A DNA stretch of 62,066 nt, counting the filler, from Hausera hauseri (lineage: Eukaryota), in NCBI GenBank assembly GCA_046269625.1. It is 12 parts of 12 records of this genome, joined end to end, with 100 filler letters (N's around TTAATTAATTAA, not from the genome) between each part and the next. Parts side by side here need not be neighbours in the genome. Positions count along the whole stretch, not along the records: positions 8,877 to 12,819 come from JBJURY010869737.1; positions 12,920 to 19,107 come from JBJURY010127650.1; positions 19,208 to 23,429 come from JBJURY010691993.1; 9 more parts are not named here. One strand, 5' to 3'. This document shows, one piece after another, positions 9,291-22,362 of the stretch. The notes beneath the pieces are model-generated. The model did no database searches, had not been told where the DNA came from, and saw only the letters and a program-made list of their open reading frames with translations. A program made the position numbers and the translations under genes. Within the stretch, counting starts at the first letter, position 1; every line of letters starts with the position of its first letter.

Positions 9291-10698
9291 ATGACATTTT
9301 TCAAATTTTCTACAACAATTGGCGGTGTGTTGATTTTGGCATTCTCGGTGGTGATAACAATTACATACGTAGTGGTTTTTATATTACACATCAGTGCAAT
9401 TTATTACGCTCGACGCAGACTTTATCCAAAGTTTGACATGGAGAGTCGACAAGGTGATACAAAGTTTCCTGGTGTATCGATTATAAAACCGGTTATGGGA
9501 ATCGATAATAATTTAGAAATTAATCTTGCAACATATTTCAAAATGAAGTATCCCAACTATGAACTGTTGTTTTGTCTTCCATCTGAAGATGATGAAGCTC
9601 TACCAATCGTGAAGCAATTGGCCTTGCAACATCCGGAAGTTGATTGCCAGATTCTCGTTGGTATTTCAGATGTTGGAGTTAATCCGAAAATTAAAAATAT
9701 GTACAAAGGATTTCAGTCAGCAAAATATTCATTGATACTCATTTCCGATAGTGGTATTTTCATGAAACCTGACACGTTATTCGATATGGTACTGTCGTTA
9801 GAATCTGACGAACGGATCGGTTTAGTCCATCAAGTACCTTTTCTTCATCCCAGTATCAGTAGTCGATTTGCGCATTTGTATCAACTTGTCTATTTTGGTG
9901 GTTGACATGCTAAGATTTACATGAGTGCAGCATTTTTTGGATTTAATTGCACAACGGGTATGTCGTGTCTGTTTTGGAAACAAGTACTCGACGAAATCTG
10001 TATTCAGTCATTCGGCTGTTATTTAGTCGAAGACTATTTCATTGACAAATATTTCTATGACAAAAAATGGCGTTGCGTCATTAGCAGTCAACCGGCGTGG
10101 CAGAATTCAGCGTCCGATACAGTTGCTAAGTTTCAAGGTTGAATTATGAGGTGGTATCAGTTGCGTGAGTCGATGGTGCATCATACGATTTTGTTTGAAT
10201 CGCTAACCGAGTGCGTTCTGAATGGATCCTTGATGAGTTGGGTTTGCTATTTTTTCTTGCCCTACTGGATAAATCCCGCCGTGTATTTCGTTTGTCACAT
10301 TCTGATTTGGTTTCTGTTGGATTATACGTTGTTGCGTCACCTGTTCCCACCGGGTGAAACTGTGAGTCTCAACAAAGCGGAATTTTTAGCCGTTTGGCTG
10401 TTTCGAGAATCAACATCACCGTTTTTTACAACTCAGAGCTCTATGTCGTCGATCAGTTGAGTTGAGAAAACATAAATTCCGAGTCCACTTGGGTGGTTTG
10501 ACAGAAGAGATCACCGAATCCAAATCGTCAAATCTGTCAAAATGCGGCGATTCGGTTGATGGTAAACGTATGATGAACAATACTCGATCTGTGTTCTCTT
10601 CCAAAGATTCGGACGTTAAAAGTTCTCTGAAAAACTTTCAGTCACATTCAGCTAATCCCTATTCCGTTGTCAGTCTGGATGTATCAATAAAATCCTAA
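9291..10698 (+). pseudogene. UGCG: Ceramide glucosyltransferase (glucosylceramide synthase), with two in-frame TGA stops and one frameshift
   Basis: PGVSIIKP, GVNPKI.N, ISDSG, TGMSCL, EDYF, RW..LR and GG..EEI motifs. Stops lie at 9903 and 10140; the frameshift is near the T-run at about 10423. Confidence 0.9.
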
Positions 10699-11625
10699 TA
10701 GTCCAAGACAATTGTATTTTATAAAGTCTTTGTTTGAAATTTAATACTGTGATGATGCGTTAAAAAATTTGTTTGAAAATGGTTAGAAAATTTCATTTTC
10801 GAGTACTATTTATAGAAAAATAATCTGTTGTATTTTAAGACGACTTATGGAAGATTGATGAGTAATCAAAAATTATATACTATAGGTGATGGTTATATAT
10901 GAGTGTATCACAGCAAGGCCGTGTTGAAAATGAAGTTCTGTGTGAATTTGGTAAATGATCGATTTTTTCAACTGGCAGATTTAAATACGATAATTTTAAA
11001 TGACTTTGATAAAGCCATGACCTGTCGACCGTGTCTGGAAATGAGACGTGTATTTTTAGCGGTTTTGTATGTAAAGTTCTTTGTATGTAAAGTTCTGAAT
11101 TTTTCAGTTGGATTAAAGTGAGAAATTATGTCAATTATTTTGATTTTGATAATATAACTTATTGTGGCGGCTTTGTATAATATTGGCTTATTGATTTACT
11201 ACAAAACGACGATAGTGTTGAAAACGAATAAACAGTTGACATCAGTGTCTATTTTAGTAAATCATTATTTTTGAATAACTCGGTGAATCAATAGATATCT
11301 CAGATGGATTTTATCACCTTTTTTTAAACACCATCGCAAGCATGCTTTATATAATAAATACGGTTGTCGTTTAATACGGACTTGTGTGATAAAGTTCAAA
11401 TTAATTATAGATAGTAAAATGTGTGGTATGGTACTAACAATCTCATTTTAATTTTGGAAACAATATTACATTATTTTCAATGAATCAATGGTGGATTTTG
11501 GCTTTAAATATACAAGTTTGTGGTATTTCAGATTTCAGTGGTGTATTCAGGAAATCTCTAAACAGTGTCGGCATGTAGTTCCAAAAAATTAAAAGTTTAT
11601 ATTTTTGAAGATGTTAGTCGGTATA

Positions 11626-11648
11626 TACAGTAGTACCTCGGATAACGG
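11626..11648 (+). repeat. Possible solitary Tc1/pogo-type terminal inverted repeat
   Basis: TA followed by CAGTAGTACCTCGGATAACG. No partner end found. Confidence 0.3.
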
Positions 11649-12244
11649 TTTTCAGGTTAAATACATATGTATGTGTATTGTGTGCACTGAAAATATGGTC
11701 AATTTTAGAATGGTCTTGCGCGTTTTAATTATTTTTACATAATGTATGTAGAAATGCGTATATAACAGCAGCAATTATAAAAATAAGTAGAGGCATAATT
11801 AGATTTAATAGGAGTCATGCATAGTGTTTGAATCCAGTCAACTCTGGATCAGTGTTTCAAATATCCTCCAGCCAAGGCTCATTATTCGGTGTACCAGGAT
11901 TCAGCTCCCAGATCCATCAGGGCCAGCTAAATCTTTCGGTTAACTTGAAGGAAATAGAAGATTGTGACGGTATCATAATGAACTATGAATGAATAGCTAT
12001 CACGGTCTATCTTAACCCATTTATCACCAAAAACTATATACTTTCAGACTAAAACCATTGTCGTCCAACTCAATACTTACATAACAATATTTCATCCCAT
12101 AGTTTCTAGCCTTATTTAGCTGGAAACCGTAAGTCTGATGCAATGCATGACCCACACATACAGTTTCACTAGCACTACTATTGATACACGATTACACAAT
12201 ACTAAGTTCTACATATAATGTTTCATTATGTAAATAGTGTGAAT

Positions 12245-12819
12245 ATGGCGGTTCTGCACCCCACCGGGGGTGTGCAGAATCTATATTGCACATGTGCCGA
12301 TCGATAGTGCATACTGTGTACTATCGATCCATAGAGTGCCTAACAACGGTGCCGCTAGGCACCGTTGCTATGCACACTTTGCACTTTTGACAAATCGATT
12401 GCTGCACAGTGCAGTATTGATCGAATCGATCGGCACAATATGCTAATCGACAGAGCACATCAGTGCGCATCGATTGGTGCACAGTGCAAGTGTGCATCAC
12501 ATATGCAAGTGTGCAAAAATCTATAATATCAGATTTCCGATATTCCCAATATTGATTATTGGAGCATGGCACCGGGTGAAATCGGAAGCACAGATGATGG
12601 ACTGTGTGTATGTGCAGTTAGAATTTAAATATATTGATTGGTTTTCGAATAATTGTCAACTGAGGGAGAACCCGCATAGGCCTTTCCGGTATAAATTGAA
12701 AATCAATAATCTCAAAATTGCACATATACTGGCGGGTGCAGTACTTGATGTACTATCGTTCAGTGCGAAACTCGAGTGTGGTGTGCACTTCGATACGGTT
12801 GCCAGGGCACTTTTTCACT
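12245..12819. repeat. Palindrome-rich (TGCA/ATCGAT) dispersed repeat; related copy at 48436-48523
   Basis: Hairpins at 12252-12279, 12299-12329 and 12344-12367. The start matches 48436-48523. Confidence 0.65.
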
Positions 12820-12920
12820 NNNNNNNNNNNNNNNNNNNNNNNNNNNNNNNNNNNNNNNNNNNNTTAATTAATTAANNNNNNNNNNNNNNNNNNNNNNNNN
12901 NNNNNNNNNNNNNNNNNNNA

Positions 12921-13040
12921 ATGAGTGAAGGAGATAATTGTTATACAAACTTTTATAATAAATCTCTTATGAATAATTCTATTTTACAATCATCAAGTCA
13001 GGTTGAGGTTGGGATGGTAGAGATGCGATCTACTAACAAT
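12921..13040 (+). repeat. Dispersed repeat of about 120 bp, also at 48838-48958
   Basis: atgagtgaa...taattgttata...tataataaat.tcttatg.ataattc...caatcatcaagt...ggtagaga.gcgatctactaaca occurs at both places. Confidence 0.8.
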
Positions 13041-13245
13041 ATCAACATGTTCATAACAGTCAAGAAAGGAATATTCCAAAGATTTTTACCACAAATGGTA
13101 ATTTTATTAATTCTCATTTACTAAATTAATTATATACTCAGATGTCAACTTTATCAAATGACCCCAACAAAACATTGAAAAATGTGAAATATACACATAT
13201 TGTGTATCAAATGGTTCACATGATGTCCAGAAATGCCATGAAAAT

Positions 13246-16200
13246 ATGAGAAAATATTATGGCCATATCTGGAACAGCGAAGAATATTTTCTATGCCCCG
13301 AATGTGAGACTGTCAGCGCAGGAGAATACTGTAAGTTTTATGAATTTCATAAAACCAACTTGTGCGATTTCACGGCCAAGTCCAAAAAGGCCATATTCAA
13401 GACAAGCATTGTTCCCGTTATGCCTTCAACATCTACACAGATGGGAGGTATTGTTCCAGTTATACCAACCCTATCTGCACAGACGGGGGCATTGTTCCGG
13501 TTATGCCTTGTACAGCTGCAGCGCCGCTAGTCCTCGCAGCATCAACCTCGGCACAGCGCCCTGGATCCCCGGCACAGCATAATGGATCCTCAGCGCAGCG
13601 TAAACGATTCGCAGCGGCAGCGAATGATGTATCACTAAAAAGTCAACGGCAGCGAGCAGTTGATGCCGCTGCACTGAAGATCAAAATGCGGCGATACTCC
13701 ATAGATGCAATGGGACAGACATCGCTCCATGAATTCCTGGAATATTCAAAGGAGGCAGCTGGAATTCTCCAGGACAACTTGTCGGAGCTGAAGGCCCTTA
13801 AGGTGAACTTCAAATTGGAAGCCACCTTCACCAATGTCGAAGGAGAGCAATCTAGTAGAGCCGTCAAGACAAAGAACAGGCCACTATTGAAATCCTCTAA
13901 CATTAAGGACTTCATTATTGAGGACTATGCAAGGCTCATCTACGAAGCCGAAGAAAGCCAAGACAAGAAGAGCGGTTGGACTCTAGCAGCAATAAAGGGG
14001 TTACTTGTGCATGTGCACAAGTATTCTCCCATGAGAGGCAGCTTCTGCATACCGCTTCCCTAATGGATAGTTAAGAAACAGGCATGCATCAATGTCCATA
14101 ATGAGGACAGCATGTGTTTCATGTATGCTATTTTGTCAAAACTCGTCCAGGATCAACATAATGCTTCCCGAATTTGGATATATGACAAAGTGCAGCACAC
14201 ATACGACTTTAGCTATATTTCATTCCCGCCGAGCCTCGATGAAGTCGCGAAATTTGAAAGCGTCAACATTTCCATCAACATCTTCCGATTGAAGGAGGAC
14301 AAATTTTATCCCTTACATGTGTGCAAGGAGGAATTGGAAGATCATAGGGATCTGCTCTTGCTAAGTGATGGAAAAACGAGGCATTTCATCTGGATCAAGA
14401 ACTTTGAGCGTTTTGTAGGATCCCAAATATCAAAGAATAAGTCAAGGCGGGAAATCTGCAAACGATGTCTATCCTATTTCAGTGGTGACATGGCCGCAGA
14501 AAAGCTCAAGGAGCATAAGACCCATTGCAATACAAACTATAGCATCATAGCAGAATTCCCCAAGGAGGATTACCTGGAATTCAGAGTCTGAAAAGATGTT
14601 AAAAGTGCCGATTGTCATATATTGTGACTTTGAGGCCATCCTCAGCTCAGTTCACAGCTGCACTCCGAATCCGCAGCAAAGCAATGCGACAGCTTACCAA
14701 TATCATGAGCTCTCATCATACTGCATGTATGCATTAGGAATGGACAAAGAACCATTCCTATACCGGAGTTCAGATGCAGCGCTTCATTTCATGAAGCGCT
14801 TGGAGGAAAATGCACATAAGATCTAAAATATGCAGCAGCAGTGTAAGAATGCTATGAAAATGTCGCAAAAGGATAAATGTGAATGGCAAAATGCAACACG
14901 GTGTTACTTGTGTGAAAAGCCTTCACATTGGACAAACACAAAGTCCGAGATCATTGCCACACAGGCATGTATCGAGGCGCAGAGTGCAATGATTGCAACT
15001 TACGCTGCAAAACATGCACATATGTCACCGTGGTATTCCACAACCTCAGAGGCTATGATTCCCATTTCATAGTTCGGGAATTGGGGGCTCTTGAAGGAAA
15101 CATCGATGTGATCCCAAACAGTGAGGAGAAATGTCACATTCACGAAGCATGTGCGGAGAATCAGGCTTTGTTTCATAGACAGCTTCCGCTTCATCAGCGA
15201 TGCGGACTATCAGCATGCTCAAAATGTCTGGAAAGCATTCAAATGTAGGACACTAGGGGAATATAGTGACATCTATCTCCTCACAGATGTGCTTCTGCTA
15301 AAGGATGTATTTGAAAGCTTCCGGGATGTCACACTTAAGAGCCACAAATAGGATCCAGCTCATTTTTTCACAGCTCCGAGAATGAGCTGGGCAGCGATGC
15401 TACGCTATACAGGCATACGGCTCCAGATCTTGAAGGACTATGATATGATTCTGATGAACGAGCGAGGCATTCGGGGCGGAATACATCCAGGCCATCATCA
15501 TATATAACATGCCTGGATGCAAATAATTATATGGATGGGCAATGAGTGTCCCATTGCCCTATGACAATTTTAAATGGGTGTATCATCACGAAGAGCTCTC
15601 AATACAAGATATGGAACCCTATGGAGATACGGGATACATATTGGAAGTGGATGTAGAATATCCCCATAGCATCCATTCAGGGCATGAACAACTGCCTTTT
15701 CTCCCGCAGAGCAAGCAACCACCAAATAGGAAACACAAGAAGTTGCTTTGCCACTTGGATGATCGGGAGAGGTATGTAGCCCACTATATAAATCTCCAGC
15801 AGGCTATGAGGAATGGTGTCAAAGTCACAATGATCCATCGTGCCCTATCATTTAACCAGTCTCTGTGGTTGGAGCCCTACATAGACTTCAACACGCAGCT
15901 GAGGGCCAATGCCAAAAATGACTTCGAAAACGATGGAGAACATCCACAACAGGATAAATATCGAGTTGGTGTGTGACTGGAAGCGGGCAAAGAAGCTCAT
16001 TGCCAAGCCCAACTTCCATTCCAGCACAATATATACAGAAAACCTGTGAGCATACATATGCTCAAGACATCCCTGGAGTTTAACAAGCTGATCTATGTCG
16101 GGATGTCAATCCTGGACTTGTCAACGATCCTAATGTATGATTTTCAATACAACATCATGGTCCTCACATTCAAGTCCATACAACTGATGTATATTGATAC

Positions 16201-16662
16201 TGATAGTTTCATCTATCTGATCCATACGGAAGATCTGTTTGTGGACTTTGCTAAGTTGGCACAGCATATGGATGCCTCAGACTATCCGAAGGATCATCCC
16301 AACTATTCAATTACCAACAAATAGGTCCTTGGGGAATTCAAAGACGAGGTGAATTGGCCAATCATCTTGAGATTTGTGGCACTGCGTAGCAAAATGTATG
16401 CTATTGATGTACGTGGCCAAGTAAAGAAGCGGGATAAAGGGGTTCAAAGTCGACCTTAGCCAAGATCAGCTTCGATGACTATGTGAGAGTTCTGCACGAG
16501 CAGACTCACATCATATCAGAGATGCGAAGGATCCAGTTTAGGGCTCATACCATTGAGACAGTTACACTACTGAAGAAAAGCCTAGATTGGATGGATAACA
16601 AAAGGCAGATCCTGGGTGATGGAATAAGCACACTATCTTACGGGCATGCTAAATTAATGTAA
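13246..16662 (+). pseudogene. Polinton/adintovirus-type protein-primed DNA polymerase B, copy A, decayed
   Basis: Motifs SGWTL, IYCDFEA, VRDHCH.G.YRG..C..CNL, FHNLRGYDSHF, DANN.YGWAM, YIDTDSF and DNKR...TLSYGH. Many stops, frameshifts and internal deletions. Confidence 0.92.
13405..13508 (+). repeat. 42-bp tandem repeat (about 2.5 units) in the N-terminal region of PolB copy A
   Basis: Units encode SIVPVMPSTSTQMG / GIVPVIPTLSAQTG / GIVPVMP. Confidence 0.7.
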
Positions 16663-16836
16663 ATATCTTTTTTATGACGTGTTGAATTTTTTGTATTAAT
16701 AAATCTTATAAAAATATCGTGTTGTCTTTTTGATCAAGTAATGCAGGATATAGAATAAGGCGAAGTAAAATTAAGTAACTACTGTGTAGGATAAGGCCAA
16801 CTAATTTCATAACACATTTATTTCATAACAATATAA

Positions 16837-19107
16837 CTATGGCAATGGGACGCTCATTGCCCATCCATACAAGTTGTTGGCATCCAGGTATAATATATGT
16901 GAGGATTCCTTGGATGAGTCGTATTCGGTCATATACTTGTTATTGGCCTCGCTAAACCGGTGAATGGCCTGGCATATTCCGCCTCTTATGCCTCTCTCAA
17001 TCATAAAGATCATGTCGTAATCCTTAATGATCTGCAGCCTAATACCAGTATATCTCAGCATTGCTGCCCAGCGCATCCCTGGATCCGTAAAGAAATGAGC
17101 CGGATCCAATACATGACTCTTCATTGTAACATCCCTGAAGCTCTCAAAGACATCTGTCAGCAACAGCATGTCCGTCTTGAGGTATATGTCGCCGTATTCC
17201 CCTATTGTTCGGCACTGAAATGCCTGCCAGACATTCTGGGCATGCTGGTAGTCAGCATCACTGATATCGCAATCAGAGAGGATATTGTAAAAATCCTTCT
17301 TGGCCGACAATAAGGTCTCATCCAGTGTTTCCCATGAAGTTATGTAGTCATAAGGAAAGACGCCTTTCCTCTTGACGCGGTCAAATGCAGTGGGGAAGAA
17401 CCGCTTCGTCTCCTTGAGTTCTTCTGCAAGGAGGTTCTTCACTAAACCATCCAGTGAAGACGACATGAAACCACAGCTGTCTATGAATCGAAGCCTGATT
17501 TTCCCAACATGTTTCGTAAATGTGATATACTTCTCACTATTAGGTATCACCGCAATGTTTCCTTCAATGTTGCCTAATTCTCGGACTATGAAATGGGAAT
17601 CATAGCAACTGAGATTATGGAACACTACAGGCACATATGTACATGTTTTGCAGCAAAGATTGCAGTTATTGCACGCTGCTCCTCGATATGCATCTGTAAA
17701 ATGGCAATGATCCTTGACTTTATGATTTCCCTTGGTGAAGGACTTGTCGCACTAGTAACATGTTGTTGCCTTGCGCTATTCTTCTGCTTGATTCCACGAC
17801 ATGCTGATGGTACCCTTATGCTGCTGAAGCATGTTTTCAAGCTTATTATCCATATCTTCAAGTCGTTTCATGAACTGTGCTGCTGTACCTGGACCTCTGA
17901 ATAGAAATGGTTCACTGTCCAGTCCTTTGGCATACATGCAATACGATGAGAGTTCATAATATTGATATGTCGTTGTGCTGCTATGTTGAGGACTGGTAGT
18001 GCAGCTGTGACCTGGCCGGATAATAGCTTCAAAGTCGCAATAAATAACTATTGGGACGTTGATCTTTTTCTCGAACTCCTTGAATTCAATATTGTCTTCC
18101 TTGAGAAATTCTGACCTTACACAGTAATTGTTGCTGCAGTACATCTTGTGCTCTGCAAGCTTGTCCACTGCTGAATCACCACTGAAATGAGACAGACATC
18201 GCTTACATATTTCTATGTGAACATGGTGATTCGTACTTTTGGATCTGACTAGACGCTCAAAGTTCTTTATCCAAATATAATGTTTCTTTTCTCCATCATC
18301 TAGTAGGAGCAGATCCCTATGATCTTCCAATTCATTATCATATATCCTCAAAGGCTAGAATTTGTCCTCCTCATCCAATCCAAAGATGTTGGTTGATATG
18401 TTGTTGATTCGACTAAACTTTTTAATTTCATCTAAGGATGGAGGGAATGCCATACATTAGAAGTCATAGTTGTGCTGCACATCCTTATATTGCTAAACTC
18501 GTGAATCAGTATGTTGATCAGGTACGAGTTTTGATTGAATGGCACACATGAAACACATGTTGTCATTATTATGGACAATGACACATGCTTTTTTATTAGC
18601 GATCCAATCAGGAAGTTGAATATATGAACTACCCTGCATGGGGGCAAATCTGTGCCCATATACAAGCAATTTCTTGATGGTTGTCAGAGTCCATCCGCTC
18701 TTCTTACGCTGGCTCTCATCGGCTTCACGGATCAGCTTTGAATGCTCTTCATGCAGCCATTCTACTATATTGGTGGCTTTAAAAATGGGTCTATTTCTTG
18801 CCTTGAAGGCCCTTTTGGACACTTCGCCATTACCATTGACGTATGTGGCCTCAAGTTTCATATTAGCCTTAAGGGCTTTGAGCTCTGCTATGTTATCCTT
18901 GAGAATTCACTTTATTTCTTTCTCTGTGTACTTCAGGAACTCCTTGATGGTTGTTTGACCAGTTGCATCAATGATATATTTGCGGCATTTCCTTTTTAAT
19001 GCTGCAGCATCAACTGGCTTCTGTCTTTGACTCTTTGATGGAGCCGCTACGCCTGATGCGCCTGATGGGTCTGATGCGCGTTTTAGTCCTGCATCTGGCT
19101 GTGGTAC
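16837..19107 (-). pseudogene. Protein-primed DNA polymerase B, copy B, decayed and truncated after motif A
   Basis: Motifs KKSGWTL, IYCDFEA, FHNLSCYDSHF, RKGVFPYDY, GIRGG and YLDANNLYGWAMSVPLP, followed by an abrupt end. Confidence 0.92.
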
Positions 19108-19862
19108 NNNNNNNNNNNNNNNNNNNNNNNNNNNNNNNNNNNNNNNNNNNNTTAATTAATTAANNNNNNNNNNNNNNNNNNNNNNNNNNNNNNNNNNNNN
19201 NNNNNNNATGGTTGGTTTATTATTTCCTTTACGTGCTACCTGTGGCATTATAATTACAGAATATATGCCCCTGAATCAACAACAGATATTACAAATAATA
19301 AATCGGACATAATTAAATTAAATTTTAGCTTAATAATGTATATTTGGATTTTTCATTTACGAACTGTTTTATTAACTAAAATTTCGACAAATATTTCAGA
19401 AACTTAACTTGAAAGAATCTTTTACTATATAGTTCTGCAGCGAAAATATAATTAATGATATAAAAAGAATTCTTGAATAATAATTAGTGATTGAAAAAAT
19501 TAATTGAAAATTGTTTAAATGTGGAGACTTCACCCCTACTAGGAAGCAATTTGTAACCAACAGCTTGCGTCTCTCATCAGCATAATTAAACCCTTCTTGT
19601 TTTAGTTTAATATATACTTAGATATATTCTCCGACACAGATTTTTTATCAATTTTTCTAACGAACTTGTATTTACGTTTGCCAGACATTCCGCATTTATA
19701 AGCCTGCTAAAATAGTTAAAATTAATAAAGTCTTACAATTGGTGCACATATGATCTTCCTAATTTAACATGTATAAAATCGTGAAGAATAACATTTATTA
19801 TAATACATTAGCATCCATTCATTATTTAACGAAATCAAAACTTTAACAAGTTCAGTCCAAAT

Positions 19863-20300
19863 CTAAGAAGACAATATTAAAACAGCACACAAATATTTTT
19901 TACCATCCGACATGTGAACTTTCGGTTCAGAAAACGACTCGTTCGTATCCATCGGACTTGACCGAGCCCCAGCGCTAAACTTTCCTTGCATTTTTTGAAT
20001 AATTTTCGCAACTTTCGGATTACTGGCATGTTGCATTAATAACATCGGATTCGACATCGCTTCAGCTAAAATTTTCATCACTTCAGGATCCTATTAAAAA
20101 CAATAAATAATCTTAAATAACAAACATCAACCTTAAGATCTTCGACTAATTCGGGATCATTAAGTAAGTCACCAATGCCCCCCATTGGATCATCATGACT
20201 ATGATGGCTCTTAAAATTACCAAAATCTCCCGACTTTGGATTCTTTTCTTTAGCTTTTGCATTCACTTCCTGTGCTTTCCGAACTCTCTCGCGTCTTGCA
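19863..20300 (-). pseudogene. ST13: C-terminal fragment of Hsc70-interacting protein (Hip/ST13) with STI1 domain; intron at 20091-20131
   Basis: Spliced translation RRERVRKAQE...MGGIGDLLNDPELVEDLK|DPEVMKILAEAMSNPMLLMQHASNPKVAKIIQKMQGKF. The intron is a 41-nt GT-AG. Confidence 0.8.
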
Positions 20301-20406
20301 TTCAATTCCTTTTCTTTCATCTGTTTCCATTCCTCCTGTTCTTGATGGAATCTCTGTCGTTTTCGCTGGAATTCCGCCTGCGATTCTTCGAATTTCCGCT
20401 GTACTT

Positions 20407-22362
20407 GATGATCGATATTTCGTTGGATCGATGGGCACCATTTTCTTTTTCGATTTGGATTTACCTGTTTGTTGTTTGGTATTTCGATTGGAGACTGGCG
20501 TGGAGTTGTTTTGTTTTTTGACGGTTTGAACCTGCCAACGTTCATCTGCATTCGGACTCGACAGTTCCTTTCGTTTTTCGACGAAGTCCTGAGCGAACCG
20601 TCGAGTATATTCGGAGTCATCGAGCAGTTCTTGTAGAAGATCCAAAACATCCGAATCGGGTACATCATTGAGTAATTCGACAATAGCAACGATATCTCGT
20701 TCACCAGATGAAAATCGACTTAATTTGCCAGTGCACCACGAATTTAATGAACACGAATCACTACTCGATGATGTTCGATGTTTTCGTTCATTTGATTTGG
20801 TTGTTGCTGTTATTGTCGTTGTCGATAAGGATTTGTGATTGTTATCATCGACTCGACTGTCAATTGGAGCAGGGTCGGTCCCATATGGCATGTCCCATAT
20901 CGATTTGCCCATGGGAATTGCTGGCTTGTTTATGATCGATGACGATCCTTTTAATAACAAATCTTTGAATGAATTGATTTTTGTCTGTGATTCTGATTCG
21001 AGTAACATGGCTGCCGCTTCTTGAATTTCTCTCTCGCGTTTTTGTAATTCCTCTTCTTCCGCTTGAATTTCCAATAAGGATTTTGCCGGTGTCGATGTTG
21101 ACCACTGCTGAATAATTGGTCGACTGGAATTCGCCATATTCCAATGGACTGATGGCGATTCCGGTTTTGATTGGTCCGTTTTTTGGATAACAACGGCCGT
21201 TGCCGATCTGTTGGTCACCTGTTCGGTATTGATTGGAATTGGCGTTTTGTTGGTGGAATCGATGGAATTTCTAAATTGGACTCGGTGATAATTTTTATGT
21301 TCATGCAAATATGCCGTATGTAACTTGGTTTGTTTGGTTTTGTTTTTCTTTACTTTCTTTTGGCTTTTGGATTCTTTGAATGACTGCCATTCGTTGGTGT
21401 TTCCATCTGGGATTATTGATTCGCTCGTCTGGTTTGCTGGAGGCGGTTCTGTTGACTTTTCCTCTTTGATTTCTTTTGCCGGTGCCAGTGCTGCCGGTGT
21501 CGGTGCTGCCTGTGCTGGTGACAGTGCTGGCGGTGTCGATACTGCCGGTGCCAGTGCTGGCGGTGTCGGTACTGCCGGTGCCAGTGCTGCCGGTAGCGGT
21601 GGTGGAGAGGGGTTCGGTCTAACAGCCGCCGGCATCGTCGTTGTCTCCTTATTCTCAATTTCCCGCTCATTAACCTGACGAGTCAGCTTATTCTGACACA
21701 TCGTATTCAACTCCTGTTCTTTCATCTGTTTCCATTCCTCCTGTTCCTGATGGAATCTCTGTCGTTCTCGCTGGAATTCCGCCTGCGATTCTTCGAATTT
21801 CCGCTGTACTTCCATGAATACTCGACGTTCGAATTCTGCCTGCCGTTCGGCAATGAATTTCTCATTAATCAGCGATGCCTGATCCGATGGCAAAATGGAT
21901 GCCTTAGACAACACCTGGAGAGAAAAACAAAACGTTATTTATTCCCCGAATCGAATACCGAATAACAAAAATGACCTCAACGAGAAAATTTTTATCCACA
22001 CCAACGACGAGTTGAGAAACATCAACGTTGATTTCTGTATTTTCATAAATCGGTGGAATTTTCGGCCCTTCTGTAAATGGAATTCGACCGTAAAGAGCAC
22101 GGAATTCGGCAAGGATAAGAAATCGTTCGTCACATTTTCGTCGAATTCGAGTTGCCGAATTGAAATAGCCTGTTGCTAACCAGTTGGCCATATTGTGACT
22201 GGGGAATGGACCCTGTTCCTTTTCTGATAGATCGATATAATACCAGAGATTGAATTCCGATTCATCGATAATTGGCTGTACCGGTGGATTATCGAATATT
22301 GTGTCATCTTCAATTGGTTGAATCTGCAACAATCGTAAATTATCGACTACATATTCACTCAC
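20407..22362 (-). CDS. GIGYF: GIGYF-family GYF-domain protein (exons 22362-21976 and 21914 to about 20407), extreme C-terminus replaced
   Basis: GYF domain WYYID...QGPF...M..W...GYF, KSLLEIQAEE motif, C-terminal WC...FAQDFVEKRK and KKKMVPIDP. There is a 61-nt phase-0 intron at 21915-21975. Confidence 0.85.
21478..21600 (-). repeat. About 30-bp tandem repeat encoding PPALAPAVxT units
   Basis: Recurrent gccggtgccagtgctg(g/c)cggtgtcg units. Confidence 0.8.

Noticed and set aside
9903-10460. TGA reassignment (Trp or Sec) rescuing UGCG
   Set aside because: One TGA aligns with an Arg position, a frameshift is also present, and the third apparent TGA is out of the true frame.
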